From NCBI GenBank assembly GCA_001643675.2, contig LSRY02000014.1, positions 186,001-250,000 on the forward strand: a stretch of DNA of 64,000 nt, written 5' to 3'. The notes under the pieces were generated by a model. It saw only the letters and a list, made by a program, of their open reading frames with translations. It ran no database searches and was not told the DNA's origin. Source of the DNA: Monocercomonoides exilis PA203 (Eukaryota > Protista > Preaxostyla). Positions within the stretch are counted from its first letter, which is position 1. The number at the start of each line of letters is the position of its first letter. This document shows positions 1 to 12,844 of this stretch, piece after piece. Made by a program: the position numbers and the translations under genes.

Positions 1-1700
1 CAAACACTCAAAATGGGGAATTGCATATGAAGAACTGTGCAATAAGCGCGATTGGAGGGAAGCAGAACACGATTGGATTTTCTCTTATCAAATCAATTGG
101 GAAAATAGTTGAATTGGAGTTTGTCACGATTTCAGATGTGAAATCAACCGTTTCGTTATTTTCAATTTCACTTTCCTCATCAAATATTAATGGACTGGAA
201 TACAAAGTGAAGCTGTCGAATTGCACACTGGAAGGATTGGAGATTGATGGAAGTGAAGAGGCAGCAGTGTTTGGAGGGAACGTGGGAGTTGGGATGGCGA
301 TGAATGGAAGCAAGATAGAAAGGGCATTGTCGGAGAAGAGCAAAGAAGGAGGAGCACTGAAGATAGTACTGAATGAAGGAGGATTTATTGCAATTGAAGA
401 GAGTTCATTAACTGGATGTATTTGCGAGAATGTGAGTGAGGGAGGAAAAGGAGGAGGGATATATTTGGATTGCAGTTTGATCGAAGAAGCATTTCAGCTC
501 TCATCGATATCATTTTCTGGATGCTCAGCAACAGTGGGGAAGAACATGTTTGTGAAGAGTGGGAATCTGGTGAACAGTGTGAATATTGTGCGGTTTGCAT
601 TTGATTGCTCAGATTACAGAGAAGATGGGAATGCATTTATTCGAGAAGATGAGAAATATGGAGAAATGGATCTTCGAGTGTTTCTTGTTTCTTTGAAGTG
701 GGTGGAGGTGTCTGTATCGACTGGTGGGCATGACACATTAGGGTGTGGAAGTGGAAAATTACCATGCAAATCACTGAAAAGTGGAATTGACCACATTGAC
801 AGAAGTGGGACAGAAGGAGAAAGGAAGGTGAATGTGAAGGATGAAGGGACAATTGAGAATATTTATTCCTTTACAGATGCACTTGTGATAGAAGGATGTG
901 TGAATAAGGGAGATGAAGAACAATATAAGACTGTTCAATTTTATGAAAAAACCAATGGGGATTCTGCGACAACTGTGATTTCATCAACTGCTTCACTAGG
1001 CTTATTATCTTTGAAGCTGCAGATTCCAAATCAATTCACACCAAGTTTGAATTCTTTGATCTCATCGAGTGGAGATCTTCAACTCGAAAACTGTTTATTT
1101 GAGATCCGATCAACAGATATTATTCAATTCTCATTGATAACAACAACAAGTGGAAGTTGCACATTGAAGGGATGCAGTTTGTCGGATTGTTCGTTTGTCG
1201 AATCACCATTGGTGATGGCTTCTTCTGTTTTATTTGAGAGCAACAACTTTTCAAATATTGTGAACAAGGGCAGCGGTGAAGAAGGAGGCGTTGAAAAAGT
1301 GACATTGCAAGGGAATGAAAAACTGGAAATAAAATCAACAAATGCATCATTTTGTTCACTTTCTTCAAACAATGGAAAAGGAGGATTTTTATATTAGGAT
1401 TGTCAAAATTGTTTGATTGAATACCCATTTGTTTTTGATGCTGACGTAACTTTTAAGAATAACAATGCGGCCATTGGAAAGAACTTGTTCATTTTAGGAA
1501 AGGATTTTAATTCTTCTGTTACGACTGTGGCATTCAGATATGATTACTCATCAATGATTAATGATGGAAATTTATTTGTGGGAAGTGATAACTTTCATTC
1601 AAACAAAGATTTGTTCATGTTCCTCGTTCCATTCAGCTCATTCGAGATATTTATTTCATCGAGCGGATTTGATGTGAGAAGATGTGGAAATAAAGGAGAG
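1..1700 (+). pseudogene. Fragment of a large beta-helix-like (GGG-x-Y / CG..PC repeat) surface protein family member, 5' part outside the window
   Basis: ORFs 21-1397 and 1413-1745 are in one frame separated by a single TAG (GGFLY*DCQNC). Repeated motifs GKGGGIYLDC, GKNMFV and GHDTLGCGSGKLPC. Family-like sequence ends abruptly at GFDVRRCG near 1690. Confidence 0.75.
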
Positions 1701-3983
1701 GCAAGGCTTGCGGTTTATAAGCTTGCTGTTCTGCTGACAGCATAGCAAGAGAAAAAGTAGTTGCTGGAAAGAGCGTTGGGGTTTTCATTATTGTTAACAA
1801 AAAGTTTTGTTGGGAGGAAATCGAGGAAGGAAGTAAATTTTTGGTGGCTAATGATTGCGTATGGATAGCGAACGGATGAGAGATGGAGAAGGAGAGTGTT
1901 TTTGTGAGAGAGATTGAGTTTGGCGAAGTCGGAATTATAAAGGTGGTATGAAGGAAGAGTGGAGCAGGGATTTCTCGTAGTGGAGTATGTGAAGACAGAC
2001 GGAATAGTTGTAATAGACAGGTTATAGAAATAGGAAAAAAAATGAGGATGATGATGAAAAAGAAGAAACAAAATGCGAATTATATGAGGAGTTGTTGTTA
2101 ACATCAAATTTGAAAGGTTTTTGGACAATGAAAGCATAGAAAAAGAAAAATAGATTTGTTTGATCATAATAGAAGTAAACTGAGAAAGCTTGTGTTGGTT
2201 GGAGTGATGAGTGCTTATGTGGAATAGAATTGGGAAAAAGGATTAAATGTGCATGCGATTTGTGCGAATTTGCGTGAAACATAAATTCAAAAACAATTTG
2301 AGATGGAGTTTGTGGATGACGATAAGAAGAACAAGGCTGAGCTGAGGAAAAGAAGATAACAACAAGTCTGAAAGGAATTCAACGGATTAACTTCTTCCTG
2401 TCATGAAGTTTGATGGAGATGTTGCTTTCTTATGTTAGCTGAAGAGAAATAAATACGAAACAGAAAGAAGAGCGGTGAATGTCTGAGTGCAAAGATGTCT
2501 GAGATGAGACTTCTTCATAACTTTTGAATTGTTGAAAGCATGGTTCTGTGAACAGAAGCCGGGAAAGTGAATGAGTCGAATGTGGGATTTGAGTTGGGAT
2601 GGAGCAAGATTGTCGAACACAGGATTATGTAAATGCAAAGGGGGATTAAGGATAAACAGAATCGCTCTTCTGGAAGAGTATCATTTGAGAATGTGATGTT
2701 GTCTGTGCATCTGAGTTTGATTGTCGAAGGATTGAATGTGGAATGCATTGTGAATCAGAGGAACAAAGAAGTGGTTGCGATGAGAATTGTGCTGAAAGGA
2801 GAAGAGAATGACGTATTGAGATGCAGGAGTGGAGCGAAATGAATTCACTCTGTGAGGAAAGGAAGCATGAAGTTCAAGCATTCTTGAGGAAGTGAGAAGA
2901 CGATTTCTGCTCTATTGAAGCGGAAGTGGGTTATATTTGTGGATAATTACATTAGAAAGTGAAAGAATGCGGATTTGGAAAGCACAGATTTTAATAGGAG
3001 ATTTTGTGAAGAGATATTTGCGTTTCAATTTCGAAAGATGGAAATTTCAACTATCTGCATTGTGGGATTGATTGAATTATTAAGTGGAAAAATTTGTTTT
3101 TGTTCTTTGTTGGATAAGAAAATTGCACAATATGCGTTTGTCGAATCTGGAGAAATGTTATGTGATTGATTAAAGAGGCAGATTTGTCCCACCTATTCTG
3201 GAAGGGTGCGAGCAAATGAATGTGGGGCTGAGGATGAGGAAAATTATGATTGGAAATATTAGCAATATAAGGGGAAAACATATTTAAAAAAGCTGTTCTT
3301 TGTCAATTCAAGTGAATTAAATTGGAGTGAATTTGTGCAACATTAATTCAAGGAGTGTTTTTGAGATATTTGTTTCATTGATATAAACGGAAGCTCGAAT
3401 ATGCATTGGATCTGAAACAGAAGAGGCAAAGCTGCACAGGACAGAATCTGCAAAGGATTTGAAAGGATAGTGAATTGAACAGAGTTTCTGGTTGTGAAAA
3501 GAACATTGAATGAAAGAATGGTTGCGAACTATCAGGATTGTATTGTGAAGGGACTAGAGTTGATGTGTCACGTTTTTCGCTGCGAAAGAGGAAGGGAATG
3601 AGAGATGATGTGAAATGCATGATGATAGAAAAAAAGATGTACCATAACATTAAACTGTTAATATTGGATGATGATGATTATTGGGAGAATTTGATATATC
3701 ATTTGTTTTTCTGACATAGCCACATGATTATCGTTTGAGAGTTTGAATGCGTGAAAAATGTTGTCTTGTGAAAATAATCAATCTGATTGTTATTTCAATA
3801 TTGTTATTCAAATGGAATTAAATTATAATCGTGAAATCAACGAGATAATTACAAATGGCACGTTGACAATACTTGTGTTTTGTTTTTGTTTGAAATTCAT
3901 ATGCCATCATTTGTATTAATTGGATTTTCTTATTGCAAAGTGATCAAAATGTGATGCGATAAATAGTGATGTGAAATAAAAAT

Positions 3984-5491
3984 TCATAAATTTATTGGAG
4001 ACTGTTCTGTTCCAATATTTGTTGATTTTATAAAGCTTCTGAGTATTTTTCGATTGAGAATTGCATTTGTTTTTTCTTTTTCTTTTTTCTCCATTTCTTC
4101 TATTTTTCTCTCTTTTTTTTCGCAAAACTTAAGAGTTTCAAACTCCAACGTTTTCAACTGTTGGCTATCGTTATTTTTCAGAAATCTTCCGTCACATGAT
4201 CTATATCTTATCTTTTTCTTCTTTCTTGCAGTATTGCAATCTGAGTCTGATGAGTATATATCATCTCCAGTTTCATCTTTTGTTTCTGTTTCTTTCTCTT
4301 CTTTCTCTTCTTTCTCTTCTTTCTCTTCTTTCTCTTCTTCCTCATCTATTTTTCTTCTTTTTGAATTTGTAGATACTTTTGTTTCTGATATTGGCTTTGA
4401 TGATCTTTTTTTCTTTAACATTTCATCAAGTTCATTTTCATCACACATTTCATAGTAATTTCTTTTTCTCAATTCATCTTTCTTTAACGAATAAGAAGAT
4501 AATTTGAATTTTCTCTCTTTCAAAAGAATGCTTTTTAAACTTGCAACGCTTTCGCTGTAAGCTCTCAAGAAAATATCCAAATTTTTCTTACTGATTTTTG
4601 AAAGTTCCTTAATGTATGCTGTCGGTGTGAGTCTATTGTTGAACCGATATTGAAACTCATACACATATTCTTTTGTCTTTATAAAAGTTCTTCCTCTTTT
4701 TGGTATGTGGTTTTTCAGATGAGACCACACACTTTCTATTGTTTGAGTGTAAACTTTTGGATTTTCGGGTTTGACAAAATTGAGTGAATGATTGACACTG
4801 TCAATGGTGAAGCCGTTTTCACTTATGCAGTTATATGCTGACCATTTGTCAGACATAATTGTTGATGATTTATCTATGTTCTTTTTCACAAAATACAATA
4901 TTGTGTCTGCTTTTCGATCTGGAAGAAATTCGACTATCAATTTTTGTGGCTTTCCAATTTCTTTTCTCTCAACAACCCCCCATAACCATTGCTGTTCTCT
5001 GCATCTCCCAACACCGTTCTTTCTTTTATGAATTAAAGTTTCATCTATTTCCACTATTCGATCTTTTCCTATTTTTTCCATTTCGAATGTTTCAAAATAA
5101 CAACATATTCTTCTCAACTTTTCAAATAATTTCACAACAGTTTTGTTTGATATTTTTGTTTTAAAAGTGACTTCCTTTATTGGGTGTTTATACCAAAAAT
5201 GATACAACAATGATGTTAGTTTGAATGGTGAAAGGTGAAATTCCATAAAAATTGAGTTATGATTCCAGCTGTAGTTTTTCCCTATTTTTTTGAACATTTG
5301 TAAATATAGTAATCACAATCTTTTTTTTGCGTCCTTAATTCCATCAGTTTTTCGCACTTCCAACATGTTCGATTTTTTTTTATAATCCCAAATTTGGACA
5401 GCAGTTCAATAGCCATGTGATTTTTGTTGTTTGATCGCTTCAAAAACTCACTGAAAGTTAATTCTTTATCTATTAATTCGGTCTCAACCAT
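3984..5491 (-). mobile_element. Merlin / IS1595 (ISXO2-like) DDE transposase split by a -1 frameshift at the T7 run 5285-5291
   Basis: Motifs IVEIDET, QWLWGVVER, IMSDKWSAY, VNHS..FV, TQTIESVWSHLK, YVYEFQYRFN. N-terminal CWKC...KC zinc ribbon in ORF 5282-5569 (ATG 5491). Acidic/Lys-rich C-tail. No convincing TIRs found. Confidence 0.9.
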
Positions 5492-6051
5492 GTGTTTGAT
5501 AGAATAATTTCGAAAATGATCAAAAATTTGAAAAGTTAAATAATTATTATGGCTTATTTTGAGAATCAAAAGCTAATGTTTGTCTATGTATTTTGAAATT
5601 TGAATTTTGGAAAAATGATAATAAAATCTGCTTTTCAAAATAATCAGCACAATTTGTTAAGCAGTTTCAACACAAAACAACATAAACAAAAAAAATGAAT
5701 GCAATTCAAACATTGAATTAATTAGATTTTTCAATATATTCATAAATCAAGAGTTAGTCCTTTAAAACAATTTTTTCAATTCAAAACAAAAATAAACTTT
5801 ATTTCCTTTAAATTAAATTTGAAGCATATATTAACATGCAAAAATCCATGCATCAATGTATTCACACATACACATTTCATTTATTTCAAAATTGTCTTCA
5901 ATTTCTATCGCTTTTGTTGTTTGTGCTGTTCACATTACGTACAACAATAATGTCTTTGTGCTCATCTATCAGAACATACTCCACTATTCTGCTGCTTCTT
6001 CGAACACAGTTTTCGTATCTCGCCTCGCTGTTTCTGCCTGCAAAGCACATC

Positions 6052-9000
6052 TCATTTGACACTATCAGCATTGCTGCCTTCGCACGTGATTACCAAATAA
6101 ATTCTCCTTTCATTTCTGAAAATGATACTCTGTCTGGCATCTGAACCAGAACACATTTTCCCACCATTCCTTTCAGTCGAAACCGATCGACTTTTTTCAC
6201 ATTCGATCTCTCCCCATTCACAATCATCTGCCCCGCTGCTTATGTCGAATCCTCCCCAAACGGAACTTTGAGTGTCAGACACTCCAACAGCATCATTCCA
6301 ATCGAAAAAGCAACAGATTCCTTTGTTGCTCCCATCTTCTTGTTGATCAACAGCTCAGGTGCCTTCCACCTCAGGCACTCTTTTTTGAAGCTATCTTCAT
6401 CCTCAAAGGCGGATGAGGGCAGAGAGTCATCATCATCATCGCTGGCAGAAGTTACAACAGTTGATGAAGAGATGGAAGACGAGTCTGAATCATCATCTGA
6501 CAAGAAGTCAGAGTGCATCACAATGCAGATCACCATGTGTTCGGAGAAGAGAACAATGTGAGGGCACAGAGTGGAAAGAGAGGAAAGAGGGTTTTCCATT
6601 TCATCAAAGGAGTGGAGAGCAAGGTTGGCCACCCAGAACAGGATCTGAGCAGCTGTCATCTCTCTCTCCTTCAAAGAGCCAATCGGCATCTCCTTCTTCT
6701 CGTTCCTTCCATGCAACAACATGAACAGTGAATCTCTCAGATCCACAATCAGCTTCTCATGAGGTGATGAACAGGCCATTGCATCCACTAGATTAGACAT
6801 GGATGAGGTTGTTGGACACAGATCCTCCCCTCGAACAAATGTTGAATCTGAATCAGTTGAACATGTCGAAGAAATTGACGGTGATGGAGTCTGTTTTCTA
6901 ATTTCCTCTTCCTCAATCTTCTCCACCTTCTCCAATGCCCAATCAGGAATCTTATCGGAGTCCCTCCCCAAAATGTATTCTGTTGAGTCACTCTCGGCCA
7001 GCAAATACTCTTCAGATTCCGAATGCACCATCTCCTTTCCATTTATTCTCTTCTTCATCCTCTCTTCATTTTTCTTCTCTGCCTCTCTTTCTGCTCTCCT
7101 CCACTGCGCCTCTGGTGACATCTCCATCGTCACCATCTCAAATGCCTTCGGATCCTTTCTGATGTTGTCATTCACAATCTCTCTCAGATCTTCTGCTTCA
7201 TTCTTTGCCTTCTTCCACCGAACAACAAATAAAATAAATCCAATCAGAACAATCAACAATATCACAACAAGCGCAATCACGATCAACAACCAATAAGATT
7301 TTCCTTCTTTTCCTCCTTCAACGAGTTTTTCATCTTTCTTTGGATCAGACTCACTTCTGTTCTTCAGGATAAATGAATCAGTCGATGAAGGAGATTCTTT
7401 CTTTCCAAACAGAACACTCACGCTCACTTCCGCTTCTTCTCCTGCATTGTTTATTGTTTCAATGGGGACTTTTCCATCCACTTCATTTTCTGATACGCAT
7501 CCTTCTTCATTGAATTCATATCTTTCCACAACATCTTCATCAACAACTTGTTTCACAATCTTGAACGATATGTTGCATGGAAGCAACAGCTTTCCTTTGA
7601 ACCTCAGAAGAAGTTCTGCTCCCATCTCTTCTATTTCGACTATTCCCAACTCTGGAATGAAGAAGGATGACAATCTCTCAGAAACAATCCCGCTTATCTC
7701 ACATCCTTCATTCGACATCCAAAGTGAAGAGTCATCCTTTAATCCATCTCCTCCTTTCAAACTCATCACATTCAATGTTCCGGAATCGGAACAGATGATG
7801 TTCCTTCTCAATGATGAATATCCTTCAATAAATAGATTATTAATCAAAAATTCTCCCTTCTCAATCTTCACACTTCTTCCACTCAAAGTTATTACACAAT
7901 CTGGTGAATTCAAGATTGTTGTATCTTTCATCATCACAGAACTCTTCACAACATCCACAATAGATCCATCCCATCTGCACATCTCCTCTCACTCATTTAA
8001 AGTCTGCTCATTTCTTTCATTTGAACTCCCATCAAAAATGCAACTGTCCATTTTCATATCTGTGCAATCTTCCATTTTCATCAATTTACCTTTTGTAATC
8101 TGTGAATTGACTCCACCAATTGTGCAATTTGTCAACTGGATTGTCTTTTTCATTGACAAGCAAGATATCAATGATTCTTCATTTCCTTCAACTGTGATAT
8201 TTTCTGTATTGAAATCTTTTATTGTTTATTGCCCACATTCATGAATCTCAATCAGAGAAGATTTAGCTGTTGAATTGCAAATCGTTAATAAATAAATCAC
8301 TGATGAAAGTGATGATGAAAGATGCAATGCAGATTCATGAAGCACAAGATTTGACGCTGTGCATTTATCAAGTTGCAATTCTCCTTTTTCCATATTGATA
8401 ATGTAAAATGGAATGTTTGCAAATTCAGCATTTTCACCTTCCACCAGTAGTTTTGAACTGAATGAACAATTCATTATCTCAAGAATCCCTCCTTCTGGAG
8501 ATATCAGTGATTCATGAGAAGAGATGAAATTCGAATCAAATACAAAGTTCACTCTCAATAATGAGACTGTTCTAGTTGTTGTCACCAATGCATCCTTTCT
8601 TTTTTCAATCCCTTTTTCACTTCAACTTTGCATATATCTCTGTTCTTCGAGCTTAAATTCAATTCTTCCAGATTTGTCTCTCCTTCAATCATGCTCTTTT
8701 CCACAATGAACATCAGACGAACAAGTTTTGATGTCAGAGTCAATTCCACTTTTCAGTGATTTGCATGGTAATTTTCCACTTCCACACCCTAATGTGTCAT
8801 GCCCACCAGTCGATACAGACACCTCCACCCACTTCAAAGAAACAAGAAACACTCGAAGATCCATTTCTCCATATTTCTCATCTTCTCGAATAAATGCATT
8901 CCCATCTTCTCTGTAATCTGAGCAATCAAATGCAAACCGCACAATATTCACACTGTTCACCAGATTCCCACTCTTCACAAACATGTTCTTCCCCACTGTT

Positions 9001-9593
9001 GCTGAGCATCCAGAAAATGATATCGATGAGAGCTGAAATGCTTCTTCGATCAAACTGCAATCCAAATATATCCCTCCTCCTTTTCCTCCCTCACTCACAT
9101 TCTCGCAAATACATCCAGTTAATGAACTCTCTTCAATTGCAATAAATCCTCCTTCATTCAGTACTATCTTCAGTGCTCCTCCTTCTTTGCTCTTCTCCGA
9201 CAATGCCCTTTCTATCTTGCTTCCATTCATCGCCATCCCAACTCCCACGTTCCCTCCAAACACTGCTGCCTCTTCACTTCCATCAATCTCCAATCCTTCC
9301 AGTGTGCAATTCGACAGCTTCACTTTGTATTCCAGTCCATTAATATTTGATGAGGAAAGTGAAATTGAAAATAACGAAACGGTTGATTTCACATCTGAAA
9401 TCGTGACAAACTCCAATTCAACTATTTTCCCAATTGATTTGATAAGAGAAAATCCAATCGTGTTCTGCTTCCCTCCAATCGCGCTTATTGCACAGTTCTT
9501 CATATGCAATTCCCCATTTTGAGTGTTTGATTCGATCACTGATGTGATTGTTCTGCTAAAACTTGGTGGAATAATATTCCCAACGAACTTCAT
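6052..9593 (-). pseudogene. Chimeric pseudogene of a single-pass surface receptor with a degenerate C-terminal kinase-like domain
   Basis: Fragments 8685-9593, 8226-8588, 7989-8171, 6240-7982 and 6052-6282 are joined across stops/frameshifts. TM helix YWLLIVIALVVILLIVLIGFILFVV, then a cytosolic region ending CLRWKAPELL..ATKESVAFSIGMMLLECLTLKVPF (kinase subdomain VIII-IX-like). Confidence 0.8.
8739..9529 (-). repeat. Inverted near-identical copy of window positions 1-791
   Basis: The reverse complement of 8739-9529 matches 1-791 (identical translations in the ORF track). Identity ends at ...GGAATTGAC. Confidence 0.95.
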
Positions 9594-10343
9594 TTCTTTT
9601 TAACCTTGCGCTATTTTTGTTCAATTTTCACTCAAATCGGCTATATCATTTAATATCTATCTTTTTTCAGAATAAAATAAATGATATTTAATATGTTTTG
9701 CGAAAAATTTTAATAAAACAATGTTAATAATTAAAAAGAATGTTTCACGCGATTTGTTTGTTCTTCTATATTCATTATCAACATGGCATAACATTAATAT
9801 CCTACAACTGCACAAAATTGATCAGCTAAAAATTCATTAACAAAATTCATAAAAATTTGAACGATATATTGATAACAATTCATCGCACACTTTTAAACTT
9901 CATTTATATATATGATTTGTTATATGATCTCAAACGAGGGTTCAATTCTTGGCGAAAGAAAGCAAATTCTAAATTTTTGGATATTAAAAATATAATTGTG
10001 GGATTGATCAAAATATTTTAATTTTTTAATTTATTTTTTTTTATGTTTTATTTCTCAAATTATTATTATTAAAATAGGACAATGTAATAATTAATGACCT
10101 TTTATCCACTTTTTATTTCATTATTATCTTATTTTATATATTTTTTGAAAAAATACTCATATTTATGGGTCATTTTTAAAAATAGTTTTTTCACAAGAAA
10201 CAAAAATTTTTGCGAAAAATCGGTCCATACAAAAGTTTTTAAATAATTTTTGCTTTTGAAACATCACAAAATTAATAGTTAAAATCCAGAATTACAAAAG
10301 GTAGACAGTTACACCTATGCCATAAATCCATAACCACATGACA

Positions 10344-10575
10344 AAATTTTTTTGAAAAGTTCTTTTATTTTAATTTTCAAATAAAATAATAATTTCATAT
10401 TTCGATCAAATTTCTGTTTTCACTTACGAAATCACGCCTTAACGGATAAAATAACGTTGTCAAGGATTTGTTTCAATGGAAGCAAAATTTGGTGAGTGGG
10501 AATGGAAATTTGATCGAAATATGAAATTTTATCTTTATTTGAAAATTAAATAAAAAGAACTTTTCAAAAAAATTT
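10344..10575. mobile_element. Fold-back MITE-like element (about 70-bp imperfect inverted arms, about 90-bp spacer)
   Basis: 10344-10414 (aaatttttttgaaaagttctttt...atttcatatttcgatcaaatttc) is the near reverse complement of 10505-10575. No TSD seen. Confidence 0.7.
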
Positions 10576-11314
10576 ATACACATCAAATAAAACTTTCTTG
10601 AATAATTAATTGTTCAAATGATGATTATTGGAATTGTTTTTTCATAGAGAATTTCTTCATAAAATTCCACAGATTATTTCAATTTTTTAAATGATATTTG
10701 TTCAACATTTTTTCATTTCAATAATTATAATGAATTTATTTGTGATGTTTCAGTTTCAACGAATAATAAATGAATAACTTCATTTAATATTGAGGCGATT
10801 ATTTGTGATATCATCATATTTTTCGTGGTGTTAATTATTAATATGTTTTTCTCAATTTTCCAAGTCATTCTCATCCAAATGAAAAATGCATAAGAATGAT
10901 AACAGTGGCAATATTTTAATAAAAAAGTGAAAAAAGAAATGTTGATTAACAATGTTTTCACTTTTCTATGTGATTATCGATGATTTTTTCCTAATATTCA
11001 AACCGAAATTTTTAACATAAAAGATGTTTGATTTCAAAAATAATTACACAAATTATTTATTTATACATTTCTGAATTCTATTCAATTCATTTTCAATACA
11101 AACAAAATTTGTTTTCTTCATCCAAAATAAAAAGAAATTTCATTTTTTAACAAAAACATGAAATCTTGAAATTTTTCACGTATTTTTGAGTTACTCTATC
11201 GAATTCAATCACGATAATTTTTCTCAAAAGAATCGAACTTACGATTTCTTTTTCTCAAATTATGCAAATTGGAATAAAAGTTCTCTTCCTTTTTCGTGAA
11301 GAAATATCTATCGT

Positions 11315-12844
11315 TTACATATCTTTATTAAGGGAGTGTTCTTGGTTGGGCAAATCTTTGCTTTCACATATCTCAATACTTATATTCGTTCTTTCAGTCT
11401 CTGGTTCTTCTCTGATCTTCTCTGGTTCCTTCCTCTTTCCAGTATTATAGTCCTCTGGTTCTTCAATACTCGTTGTAAGAATTATCGTTTGACCAGGCCG
11501 TTTCGCGGGAATTGTTTGCTGTGATAGAAGCTTTGTGGAAGGAGCTTGTGTCGTGAAAGGTTCGGTTGCAACATTCGCGTGACAAAGTGACTTAAGTGAC
11601 GGAAGACCAAACGTCATGGTGGTTGTTTGCTGTGTAGCAAAGATAAGTTTGCCCTTTATTTGCTTTGGAATGTGGCTCTTCTTCACAACTGTGTTTTCTT
11701 CCTATTGTGAACTATCTTTGTCTGGGACAAGGAGCGCGCTGGCCATCCTGTTTGCCAGGTTAGCTTTATAGCATGATCTGGACGGTGTGTGAGCAGTTTT
11801 TGATGGTCGTCCGTGCTTGGCGATTCACACTTCCGGGATCCCATTTGACGCTAGCTTGGATATCGATGCATACTTAATTGTGGATGTCCGATATTCCTCA
11901 AGAACTTTTGCTTTCAACATCCCCATTCAAGCAAGCGTCCTTATTCCCTTTGGGGTTAGTGGTGAATGGTGCGTTGTGTTGAGAAGGATTGCATCTCTAT
12001 TTTCATACGTTGCTTTGACTCTCTCCCAAAGCGTGTTTATAGCTCTTGCCGGACATAATAGTTTGTGATCCTCCTCTTTGAATAAAATTGTAATGGATTC
12101 CCTGGATCTGGAAGTCTTGAGTTTTGTGGACTAATAAATCGCATCATTTTCAAATATGGATTTGGCCATTGATATCTGCTCGAGCTTATGGAATCAACAG
12201 GAACTGAACAACATAACCAGCAAAATGTACTTCACCGTCAGGTCTAAAAAAGAAAGATATTCGTTAAGCCAGATGTTCTCGTTACATAACAGCGCGATGT
12301 CTGGGCTCCGCATCTTTGCGTCCTTTTTTCTATGTGGGTAATTATTTTTGAAATCATAAAATTTTTCAGAGTGTTGATTTTTTTAAAGGTTGTTCGACAT
12401 TGAATTGAGATTTAATATTCAAATGTTAAAATTATCACAACTGTCTTTTAAACATATGTTTAAACCAAATGGGGCTAAACATTTTTCTTCAGGCACTTTC
12501 ATTGGATAATTATGCACCTTTGATAAACTTTTTGAGATCAAAAAACACAATAAAAATGTGTCCATTTTTTGACATAAGTGAAATGTCGCAAAACATTTTG
12601 TTGTCATTTCAATGGAGTTTGTTTATGGATATGAAAATCAAATTTTTAATGAAATCTGACAGTGTTTAATAATGTTATGAGTGAAGAAAATTTTTTTCAC
12701 TATACGCAAAAAATGCTTGAAAGTCCGTATTTTCACCCACTTGGACTTTGCGATGCTCTCCTTCGTCACGGAAATGATCCTGTCTGGAACTCCGCAGAGC
12801 CTGAGGCTTCTGCACCACCATTCTTCTCCAACTTCTCTTTCCAA
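11315..12844 (-). pseudogene. DIRS tyrosine recombinase remnant
   Basis: Manual translation gives LFSSC*FHKLEQI (catalytic Arg position is TGA at 12194-12196), LCPARA, YRTSTIKYASISKLASNG.P and IAKHGR. Interrupted by an AT-rich block at about 12340-12710. Confidence 0.75.

Noticed and set aside
3857-5703. Possible TIRs of the Merlin element (3857-3895 vs 5665-5703)
   Set aside because: Only about half the positions match in A/T-rich sequence and the flanks (TTACAAAT vs ATTCAAAC) are not a clean TSD.
10161-10327. ATTTATGG / CCATAAAT inverted pair
   Set aside because: Only 8 bp in AT-rich DNA, with no TSD.
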